NCBI GenBank assembly: GCA_012295275.1 | Contig: CM022675.1 | Location: 16,430,001 to 16,494,000 of the forward strand | Reading direction: 5' to 3' | Length of the DNA: 64,000 bases | DNA from: Chrysomallon squamiferum | Taxonomy: Eukaryota > Animalia > Mollusca | In this document: positions 1 to 11,260 of the stretch, piece after piece | Position numbering within the stretch: the first letter of the stretch is position 1 | Layout of the letters: every line of letters starts with the position of its first letter | The notes under the pieces: generated by a model | Told to the model about the DNA's origin: nothing | The model's input: only the letters and a program-made list of their open reading frames with translations | Databases searched by the model: none | Made by a program: the position numbers and the translations under genes

Positions 1-306
1 ATGAAAATTACAGCTGTTAAGATTATTTATTTTTTTGAAAATCAGCAGTGAATTTCTGTTTTCTGAAAAATAAAATAAAATTATTTTACACAAACATGGA
101 AGACTAGAATTTTTTGAAACAATTATATATATATATATATATATACACATACACATTAATGAAAAACCAGTGTTTAACATGACACATTCTCGTCGATGTT
201 CTCATGTCTGTGTGTGCGCGCGCGCTATCAGAATCAGTGTTTTTAATAGAACATCCTTACACTGAAAGTTCAATTAATATTGAACAAATAATAAAGACAT
301 ATTACT

Positions 307-2113
307 TTAACAAAGTTTTGCGCAGGTACGTGGATTTGCAGGAGGAAATGCAGCACAGAATGTAGCAGTTCCAGTTTGTTGACTTCGCTGAGTCATTATT
401 CTGCAGAACCAAGTACCTCTGTCTGCGCATCCCCACGGTGCTAAGAAAAAACAATATCATCACCATCATCATCATTATTATCATCATTATCAAAATTATC
501 ATCATCACTTCATTATTTTCATCATGATAATCATCATCATCATAGTCATTATCACCATCATATCAGTACTATCATAATCGTCGTCATTATCATTATTATA
601 ATTGTTGTTGTTATTGTTGTTGTCGTTGTCAATTTTGTTTTTGGAATCGTCCTATTATTTTAAGTCATTATCACGCTTACCTCTAATATCTTCACCATCT
701 TTTTATATAATTATTTTCTACTGATTATTTATTGAGTTTTCAACAGAATTTTAATAATTTAAAACACCTGACTAATGTAATAAGAAACCTATTAACCGCT
801 AACACAAAAAGAACGTAAAGTGTGAATATTTTCTTTTCGATTTATATTGTACTTATAGTGTCAGAAAAAACGTAATTTCTACGACAACTTAAAGTACACT
901 TACTTGTACAACTTCCGCAAGATTGTTGACAGTTGTGAGATACGACTGATGACGTACACGAGGTTGTAAAGGCTGTTCTAGCTGCAGCCTGAGCTCCAGC
1001 GGCACAACCTGATGACAAAACAAGAAAAACGAATGCACTGTAATTGACTAGAGGTCTGTGTATACTACAGTTAAAGGTTATTAATGTGAAATGTGTTTTT
1101 CTTTGCTTTATTTATTTTTTATTTTTTATTTTATTTAAATAATTTTCTTAGAGTGTGGGAATACATCATTAATTTAGCTATTTTTTCTTTATTTTTTTCG
1201 TTAATGTAATATAATATAATATAATATAATATAATATATATAATCCATGGTGAAGGATTCCTCTGAAAACATTTTGTGCCTGCTACACTAAAGTACAAGC
1301 GTATACATTTTTTTTTTTTTGTTAAATAAAGTCCATTATTAAAATTTATTAGTGTAATCAGACGTAATTATTTTCATGAATCAAAGCTTTCATCAAAGCT
1401 AAATCTTTAGCTATCTATTAAATATTAATTACATACAGGTTAATTAATTCTAATGTTGTAATATAATATAGCATACTGTAATGAAGTATAGTGCAGGAAA
1501 GTGTAATAATAAACCAGTATAATAAATCATAGCATAGTAAAGCATAATGCAGTGTAGTAATGTATAGTATAATATAGTAGAGCAGAGTAGAGTAGAGTAG
1601 AGTTTATAGTAGAATAGAGTATTACATAACATTATATTTACTTTAGCGAGAAAAGCGAGTGTTTGCGACAGTTTAATGAGTAGTAAGGATAACTAAATAG
1701 CGTAATATCTTAAAAACAAACAAACAAAGAGCAAACACACATATAAAAACAAACAAAAAACAAAGAAACAAACAAAATAGAAACAAGCCAGAAATCAATG
1801 CCCGCTTAGAAAAACATAAGAAACGAAACATTTTAAGAGCATCATCAAAATAGTAATGAAATAATTATTCTTACTCATGTTGCATACGGCTCCATACCAC
1901 TGGTCTGTACAAAAGCAAATATTATTCACTGCTGTTCCGCCGTTTTGGCAATCTTTAAAAAAATCAGAATTAAAATTAAACAAATTACATCAGAATCCTC
2001 GATATCTATACATCAATTTATCTGTATTAATTTGAATTAGTTAAATTAGCCTAAACTTAGAAACAATTATCTATCTTTAAAGCCGATTATTAATATTACA
2101 CAAATAAATGTAT

Positions 2114-2156
<43 letters not shown>

Positions 2157-2583
2157 TATCATTTGTAAATCGTATCTTATATATATGTACTATATTTCTA
2201 AGGAACCATATACATATAACCATATATATAACGTACATACTTAGTTGGTAATGTACGGAAACATAAAGAAAAGGAAAAAAGGAAAAAGAAAACGATATTG
2301 AGATATTAATAGCTAGACTTATCTCCAGCACACACACACACGCCCTTGCATGCACGCACGCACGCACACGCACGCACACACATACAAACACACATACATA
2401 CATACACATAGACGATTATCAGCCACATTTAATATGTAGTTTCAAAAGATAAAAACAATAAATAAAAAAAGAGTAAAGAATTTGTTTGAAATAAGAACAA
2501 ATGTATAAATAAATGTAATACTTACTCTGACAAGTCGAATATAACATTACCATGCAAACAACAAATATTTGTAACAACAACAT
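307..2583 (-). CDS. Gene A: secreted EGF-like + 2x ShK-like cysteine-rich protein, 124 aa, 4 exons
   Basis: Exons 2583-2526, 1952-1875, 1008-904, 440-307; all GT-AG, all introns phase 1; 375 nt open. MLLLQIFVVCMVMLYSTCQ-NCQNGGTAVNNICFCTDQWYGAVCNM-SCAAGAQAAARTAFTTSCTSSVVSHNCQQSCGSCT-TPWGCADRGTWFCRIMTQRSQQTGTATFCAAFPPANPRTCAKLC*. Hydrophobic signal exon, C-x-NGG...C-x-C...G-x-x-C EGF motif, C-x3-C-G-x-C ShK ending, TATA box upstream, three paralogues in window. Confidence 0.88.
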
Positions 2584-2721
2584 TTTTAATACAGATCTCG
2601 TCTTCTCAGATCTCTGATGTCTACACAGAAATGTTTCCTTTATTTATAGTCAGAAGATGTTCTGTATCTTAATTAATTTTTGTAGAAGGTCATGTTTCAT
2701 CTTGTTCAAGTTTAGCAGATG
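2584..2721 (-). promoter_or_regulatory. Core promoter/5'UTR of gene A (TATAAATA 2648-2641; E-box CATCTG plus forkhead-like site 2721-2701)
   Basis: Block ACTATAAATAAAGGAAA...GACATCAGAGATCTGA.AAGACGA.ATCTG...AAAAATG is conserved upstream of all four paralogues. Confidence 0.75.
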
Positions 2722-3626
2722 CTACCTATTTTATCAGAAAATCGCTTTAATTCGTTTAACTGCTTTAAATTGTATGAGTGAAAACAACTTCAAGGATTTC
2801 TAATGCCATGCTCTGTTTATTATCATATAAAATACACAAATTAAAATAGTACAAGAAAACAAATGTATTTTGTTAAAGTTTTGGTTCTATAATCTTATTT
2901 TATTCTATTTTTTGTTGAATATTTCACTGAGCATTGCAAAAATATTTCTTTAAACTGTTTATGCGTGATCATCTTTTTACATTTAGCATTATTATTATTA
3001 TTATTATTATTATATTGTTATTGTTGTTGTTGTTGTTGTTGTTGTTATTTTATATTTGTTATTGTATGTGTTTATGTTGTAGACATACAAAATGCACTAT
3101 TTTGTAAGGTGTGTTTTGTTTATTAAAAGATTTTTCTGTCGTGCTGGACATGAAAGTAATTTTGATATTCACAGACTATTAAGAAGACAAAATCAGGTAA
3201 TGAATATCAAAAACCACTCTCAGGTAATGAATATTAGCAGTTTGAAAATTTGCAAAATTTTCGCTGAATTTAGAAAACATTTTTGCAAATATTTTAATAT
3301 ACGATATCAGTGTGTCATTTGTAAAACGAGACCATGTGCAGAAATTCAGTTTTTTGTAGGTGTATATTAATTTAAATTTTGGCATTTATTGCCTTTTATG
3401 GTCAAACGTTTCATGTAGAGACAGACGTACTGGGGTTGATCTGGTGTCACGTGGTGAAGGTCGGCCCAGGTGAAATGTAAATCAAAGAACTTCTGCATGC
3501 TACCGATTTCTTGGTTTCCCGTAGGTAAATGTTTTTATCTGTCAATAATAAAATAGTTTATTTTTCTTGTAAATTTTGTGATGACCTTAGGATAATTTTT
3601 TAAATCGGACAATTTATTTGTTTTCT

Positions 3627-3768
3627 TTTACTTTCCTGATAAAAGTGAGATAACAGCGAGTACAAAATTAACTGTCAAGCTGTCTCATGTCCGACTCCTC
3701 AGCAGGTTGTAGACTAGCTACGTACTTCCTGACTGTTTTACACTCAACAAATTACTTTACTAAATTTC
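3627..3768. promoter_or_regulatory. Conserved ~140-bp non-coding block with paired GATA motifs (TGATAA, AGATAA)
   Basis: Near-identical copies at ~14450-14586 and ~32665-32805 (inverted); diverged copy at ~15527-15672. Lies ~1.1 kb upstream of the ATG of both gene A and gene D. Confidence 0.45.
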
Positions 3769-4001
3769 TGAAAATTTTCCCGTTCGCGGATATTTAGTTA
3801 AATAATTTTTATAGCGAGTTTCTTTAAACCCCTCTAGTACACTACTTTGATAACTGAGATGATCAGTAGAAAAGACACCTCACTTTCGTGTATGTACGTA
3901 TGTCTGTATGTATGCATGAATGCATATATATGTTTATGGATGTAATTATGATGTCTGACTGTACGTTCGTATATACATTTGTATGTATGTACATATGCAT
4001 A

Positions 4002-4048
<47 letters not shown>

Positions 4049-4759
4049 ATATATATATATATACACATACATACATACATACATATACACACATATCTAT
4101 ATATATATATATATAGTTTTTGTTATGTGTTTGTGCATGTATGTATATATGTATGTGTGTATGTATCTATGTATGTATATCTGTCTATATGATTGTACAT
4201 TCGTATGTACGTATTTATGTACGTATATTTGTATGCACAGGTACGTGCGGGTATATGTGTGTATTTGGAATGTTCGTATGTGTTTAGGAATGGACATATT
4301 CTACAGACTTATGTTAGACTGCACACAGACAATGTTGGGGAACGCATGGATACAAGAGAAAAAAGAAGTTACAACTGAGAGGCAAAAGACTGCTTATATG
4401 TAAAACAAATACACTATATTTCAAATATACCAGAACATGCACAAAAAGAAGCAACGGTAACAACAACAACACCAACAACAATAGGAACAATAACAATAAT
4501 AATGATGACGACGATGATGATAATGATAATAATAATAATAACAATAACAAAGATAGAAAGAAAGAAAGAAAAAAGGAAGGCTAAAAAACAACAGAACAAA
4601 AGTATCAGACCCTACTGGTATTGTAACTAAGACCGAATTCTTAGGGTTGCTGTTGCACTGGTGTTTGATCTGCTCAGGTGTTCCACTTTTTGTGTTACTG
4701 TTATTGCAGTAGAATATTTTACTTTTTCCTCTCTAAATAACTTCTAACGTTACGACTGA

Positions 4760-4809
<50 letters not shown>

Positions 4810-5849
4810 AATACAACTTCCTTTACGACAATTTCTGATTTTAATAGTGGGGATTTTAATTTGTAAGTAATTATATTAACAACAGACTGTGTAAAAGTAA
4901 AGTGATATACTATGTTGTTTTGTTTTGTTAATTCACATTTCATACTGAAGTAATAAATCATTAATAAATCCATGTATTAATTTACCTTTGGTACATTTTT
5001 ATTGGAAGAGTTAAGATTGGAGGAAATATGGTATAATCAGAATGATTATATGAATCATTTTGTTGGATGTTATTGCAATTGCTGATGTAGTTGTGTAGCC
5101 CCTATTTTAAAAATATCAACAGCCTGTAGAATGTATTGAGCTTGTTGTCTTAGTAGTTGTTGTAGCAGTAGTCGTAGTCGCAGGAGCAGTAACCGCAGTC
5201 GTAATGGTGTAATAAATATAATAATAATAATAATTACATTATAATCATAATCATTTTCCTACTCATCATCTGTTTCATACATAGTTTTTTTGTTTGTTTT
5301 TTTATAATTGTCTTTCTCCGACCGCGCGCGAGTGTGTGTGCTTTAAACATTCTTATCAAACACATTTCACATAATTACGAGTTCACTGTGTACACGAGTT
5401 CATTAAAGTATTCTAATATTCAGTCACTGTACTGGACATCTATAGAGCATTTCATGACAAAGATTTTAAGTGTTATTTTGACAGAATCCTCAAACCTGTG
5501 TGTGAATTCTATTTTAAAATTAAAGTGCTATTAATTTCTTTTAAATTATGATAATGATGATAATAATTACACTTACCCTTTAAACTAATTTCGACATTCC
5601 AAGGTCTATGAACAGTGTGAAATTCTGAAGAAAAATAAACTTCAGATATAATAATATTATCATCCTCGTGTTTGTCGTGGTCGTCATCATCATCATCTTC
5701 ATTATTATTAGTCTTATTGTTATTACTACTAGTAGTAGTAGTAGTAGTGCTGTTGATATTAGTAATTCTCCGAACTATATAGCTTTTTTGTAGTTTTTTC
5801 TTCTTGTTTTCTTCTTATTTTTTTATGTTTGTGTATATTTTTATGTTCT

Positions 5850-6650
5850 GCTTGATTTGCTGATCCGTACTCAAACGTGTGAAAGTATTTAAAAGCAAAA
5901 GTCCCATTACCGAATTGAACGGAATTTGTATCTGCAGGAAATGATTGAAAACGGGTGAGAAATTCCAGTCGTTTTGAATATCTTTATAATTAAAAAGGTA
6001 GTTTTAAGTTCGGAGTGTACCAATCTATTATTGTGTGACCGCGATAGATGACGTCACGAACAGGTACTTAGTCTGAAGAAACTTTTGTCAGCTGACATAT
6101 TGATTATTAGATTAATTAGAATTTAATGAATTACATTAATCTGTCTCCGAAGTTTATTGTAGTGTTGACGAGTCTAACCAGAAAAATTGTGATGAACACA
6201 CCAAATATTTAATTCATCTTCAACTAAATAATCTAAGTATGTGAAAGTTTGTTGTTGTTGGGTTTTTTTATAATATTTTCCGCGTGATTTGCAGATACGG
6301 ACTCAAAAATATGAAAGTTGGCAGTTATTTGAAAGAAAAAAACCCGTTATCTAATTAAAGAACATTTATATTTACAATGTAAAATTCTAGAAAACAAGTG
6401 AGAAAATGCAGCGTATTCGTTTTGAATTTCTTTATAATTACAAAAGTAGTTAACAGTTCGGTCTGAACCAGTCAATTTCTATTCGACCGCAATTAATGAT
6501 GTCACAAAGAGGTACTTGGTGTGAAAAAGTTTGGATGGCAGACATATTTATTAACGGAAGATTAATTTGAATTTAATGAACTGCATTAATCTGTCTTTGG
6601 ATGTTTCTGTATATTAAGAGCTCCGATCAGAAAAAATTAGTTATGTAAGT
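5850..6650. repeat. Old tandem duplication of a ~430-bp unit with CRE- and TATA-like motifs
   Basis: ~5850-6250 and ~6280-6650 align collinearly (GATTTGC.GAT.CG.ACTCAAA, CGTTTTGAAT.TCTTTATAATTA, GA[C/T]GTCAC, ATTAATCTGTCT). Confidence 0.7.
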
Positions 6651-8469
6651 ATGTGAAAAAGTCTTTTTCTTTCTCGCTTTTTTTTTCTTTTTTTTTTTTT
6701 TTTTTTTTATATGCTTTATCGACCAAATGCTATGATCTAAGTTCATTAAATTCTAACATCTTCCTTAAAAAGCAAAATAATTGTATGACATTTTGAGGAT
6801 TTTGTAGAAGAATTAGTAGTAGAAACTTCTAATTGCCATGTGCTCAATGTGGATTTCACGCAGTTCCTGACATGCCTGAAGCCACACGTCCTGTTAACCC
6901 TTTGTGCCTGACTGTGTAGAACATGTCATGCCATTTCAGCATCTTTTCATATCCTTCAGACATGTCAGGTGGATTTTGACTCCAAAGATGAGTTTTTGGT
7001 CTCAGAGAAGTCTGTACATGTAGAAAATGTACATTGCAGCAATCATCTGTGCAGGTATGTATTTTTTAAATCTATATTGTGGCTAATCAACAAAAATTAC
7101 ACCTCTGAAAACTTTATACGCTTTAGTTAACATGTGGGAGATTAAATTTCAAGAAAGGTCATCTCAAGGTCACCTGATCCACACGGTCAATTTCAAGGTC
7201 ATAACAAAAGTCAAAAGGTCAGTGTACCCCAACTTTCTCCAAACTGAACAATAGTGGTAGATTTGGAAACCGTGTCATATTTCCTTTTCAACAATAACAA
7301 TTATGACTTTAGCTTTAGTCATTTTTATTTCTTTTGTATTCTTATTTTACTACTGTTTTTAATATTCTTTGATCATTCATAATAAATAAAATTATGTAAA
7401 CAAGAGTTTACACAATTTATTCACTTCTTACTATAGTTCAGTACAAACTTTATTCAGTTTTCGTAGTATTCAATCATCTTGTTCATTTACCTTGGAATTC
7501 TCTAAAATGAAAGGTTACAACACTGTGCCATTTAAAACTGCAATAAACAGTGTTCCTATATCTAATTTCTTTAAATTATGTTAAATCATTCTGTAAATAA
7601 AAATTCATGAATTACTTTTAATTATTATACTTAGAAAAGCTGTGTAGTAACAGTTGCTTTACTTACAACAACTTGACTAGTAGCAATTACTAAAGTATCA
7701 CATTATGTATAACTAATCCAATCAACTTTTATTTTAAAATATTGTTATTTTTCAAAAAAACTAAATTTTTACTCACCCACCATTTCAGCAGTATCTAATT
7801 AGGTAGACTGGTTTATTTACATGTCAAACATTACACAGTTGTTGTATATGTAAGCTATTTATAAATAGAAAGTGTGAAGGTACTAAGTAATATTAAATGA
7901 AATATACTAAATACAAATAAAATATCTGTAATGTTAATAAAACAGAGATGAACAAATCAATTAACAATCTTAACCTTTCAACAACAACAAAAATAATAAT
8001 AATTTTAAATAAAATAAAAATCCTATTATCACCAACTGTTAAAAACTGCTTACCATTTCTACACTTGGGCAAAATCTCCTCTGTCAGAAATAAAATGATA
8101 TGATCAATTTGCATGAACTGATTTAACTCAAACTCTCTTATTATAATTTAGTCAAAATTAGGTGGCCACTAAAGTGGACATTATGTCATAAACATGTATT
8201 TCATTAATTTTTCAAATATGTTTTTGGAAAATATTATTTACCTGATAGTTTTACTTTTATTATTTTGTGTAGTAGCAGACACTGCTGAAGTATCATTTTA
8301 TGCATATTTAATCAAAAATCAATATGTATTTAAGATTTCAATTTTTTTTAACTTCTCTTGAACCTTTTTTACTGTTTTTCTTGCAACGTTTTTATTTTTA
8401 CAATATTAAACATACAACATATTTTATTTTCTCTGTGAATTTCATTATTCTAAATAGTGATAAACTGAT

Positions 8470-11260
8470 GTATTCTAAGTAGCCACAAATTGATGAATTA
8501 TTGTTTGCTGTATATAATTGTATTTCAGTTACATTTCATGTTTTATAGAACTACTGTAATTTCTCAAATCTTCACAACATTTCTGTCAGTTGTCTTCTTC
8601 CTCCATTCAAACAAAAATGAGTTGACACTTTCCATCTAGTCTAGACATATCAGTGTCTGTGACTGTTGTGAATATCTGAGAAAACATGGAATAATTTATC
8701 ATAATCATCATTATTATTATTAGTAGTAGTATTATTATTACTGTTATTGTTATTATTATTATTATTATTATTAACTGTTACATAAACAGTAAATTAAATA
8801 CATGATAGACAGACAGTATATAACAAACAATATTCTTAACGTAATCTCAACAGATGAATCTGTGGTTCCTGTCAACAGCTCTCGTCAGTGTTAGATGATG
8901 CTGTCTTTATGGCTTACTGACATACTTACTTTGTAAATGTTACTCATATAACTTGACACTAACCTTATTATAAGTAATGTCCACCCTCACACCTCCCCCT
9001 CTGTGTCACAGCAGTTCATTAGGTAGGCTGGTACTTGAGTCTGTTCTGTTTGCTGAATGGTTTTTATAACAGAATAGACTTTACATAAAACATACGATGT
9101 CTTGTACACAATTCACTTTTTTTTAATCTTTATTCTATTTTTAATTTCATTCCCACTATTAAATTAATTAGTTTTATTTTCTATCACAGAAGCCTTTTAA
9201 TGATCTGTAATAAATACTGAGATATTATAAGTTTCAAAATTGTGCCAGTATTTACATTAACAGAGCATGTCAAAAAATCTGAACTGAAGATTACAGATAT
9301 AGTAAGATAATAGATATAGTAAGATAATAGATATAGTAAGATAATAGATATAGTAAGATAATAGATGATAATAATTTGTTGATTTTGCATTTTGTTTTTA
9401 GGTAATAATTATACTAAGTTAATTATATTGTTTTTTATATAATAATTATATCAGATTGATTATACTGTTTTTATATAGTAATTATATCATAGTACATGTA
9501 TTGTTTTTATGTAATAATTATATCAAATTAAATTTGTTTGTAATAATTAAACATATATTGTTTTTATGCAGTAATTATATCAGAGTACATAATATATATT
9601 GTTTTTATGTAGTAATTATATCAGAATACATAATATATATGGTTTTACAATAATAATTATGAGTACATATGTACTTTTCTGTTACCAGTTACATTTTAGA
9701 ACAATGAGTGATTTAGAGAATAGTTAATATAAAGATGAGTAATTTTTATTATTTTTATAGTGATTAATTAATATGGTCACAAAACATTAACAAAGCCTAT
9801 TAAAAATCTGAAGAAATAATTAGAGAGAATATATGTGATCACTGTTTCATAATTAATATTTGTTTATTTTGTCACTAAAATCTCTTCATATCCATTACAG
9901 TCAGTAGTGCTTGTTGTGACAGATCAGTATCAGTGTTTCAGAAGTGAGCTATAGACAGCTATATACAACATATCAAAATTAAATCATTTCCTTTGAATTA
10001 TTATTATTTATTTATTTATTTATTTATTTATAAATTTAAGTTATATATAGAAAAGTCGTGACAGACTGAGTATCCGTGTCTCATTCATCACACATTCGTT
10101 TTTCTTTCTTATTCTCTGACTTCTCAGAACAAGTGGTGGGGGGTTGTTTTCGCCATTCCAGTTTGTTTCCTGTTACTGTTATAGAAAATGAAAATACATG
10201 CTTAATAACATTCTATAACAAGTTTATAAATTTATGAAACTTTATATTTTTGAATTTTTACAAATGTTATTTTCCAATCAATTTTTTTTCTTTTATTATT
10301 ATTAGCTGTTGTTGTAGTAGTAATACTGAAGATTTTTTATTTTAAGCAATTTACCCTAAGCTTAACATTACTGTTCTTTTCTTCTTCTTCTTTCTTTTTT
10401 TTTAAATGGTATTGCATTCATATTTTGTACCTTTATTTTGCTGCAAAACTCAAAATAATTAAAATCTTCATATTAATTTCTCATTTGTTTGTTTTAATTA
10501 GTTTAAAACTAAATTTTACTCCCTTCAATCGTTGGCATATTTGAATGATAGTTAGGGAGGGTTGTCCGCACTCCAACCACTCACTTCATGACAGCTTCAA
10601 ATACATATTTGTAGTTTATACAATTTCAGAATGCATGTACTTTTTATTAACATTTTTTAAAAGTTATTTTTACATACTCTTCCCCTACAAAAGACACAAA
10701 TAACATGTCCTTTTATATATCTGTAAAAAAAATGTTTATATCTGTAAATTATTATAAGAATTATTTTTAATTTGTTAGTTTGATAAATGAAAAAAACAAA
10801 AACAAATATTTTACTAATATTTACATATATTATAATTAAATATGTGTATATTTGTTTGTATGTTGCAGAGAGAGGATGGTTAAATACATGAGTGTGTGAA
10901 AGATAATGTGTATGGGTTTATGTGTTAGAGAGAAAAGATGGGTGTATGCATGTGTGAGTGAAAGAGAATGTGTATGGGTTTGTGTGTTAGAGAGAAAAGA
11001 TGGGTGTATACATGTGTGAGTGAGTGAAAGAGAATGTGTATGGGTTTGTGAGTTAGAGAGAAAAGATGGGTAAATACATGTGTGAGTGAAAGACAGGGTA
11101 CATGTGAATGGGGTGTACGGGTGTGTGTTAGGGTGGGTACATAACAGAGTGTGAAAGGAGTGTAAAAGGTGGTTGAGATGTTTGTGGAGATGAGTTAAAG
11201 TTATAATTAAATAATGTAAGATAATTTCTTTTTTTTCCAAAAATACTTAAGTGTACTTTA
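8470..11260 (+). repeat. Local segmental duplication block
   Basis: ~8470-9100 matches ~37060-37760; ~9105-11260 matches ~23240-28600 (twice, in tandem), ~39580-40700 and more divergently ~38180-39310. Confidence 0.85.

Noticed and set aside
302-508. ORF-track peptide STVGMRRQRYLVLQNNDSAKSTNWNCYILC seen in three copies
   Set aside because: Wrong frame of the last exon; phase-1 splicing gives the ShK-like frame PWGCADRGTWFC.
3888-4599. Overlapping ORFs rich in Y/V/C/M/I/L
   Set aside because: Derived from (TATG)n, (TATC)n and (AAC/AAT)n microsatellites.
5120-5210. Thr-rich mucin-like reading on the minus strand
   Set aside because: Degenerate (GTA/GCA)n repeat with no convincing splice sites or start codon.
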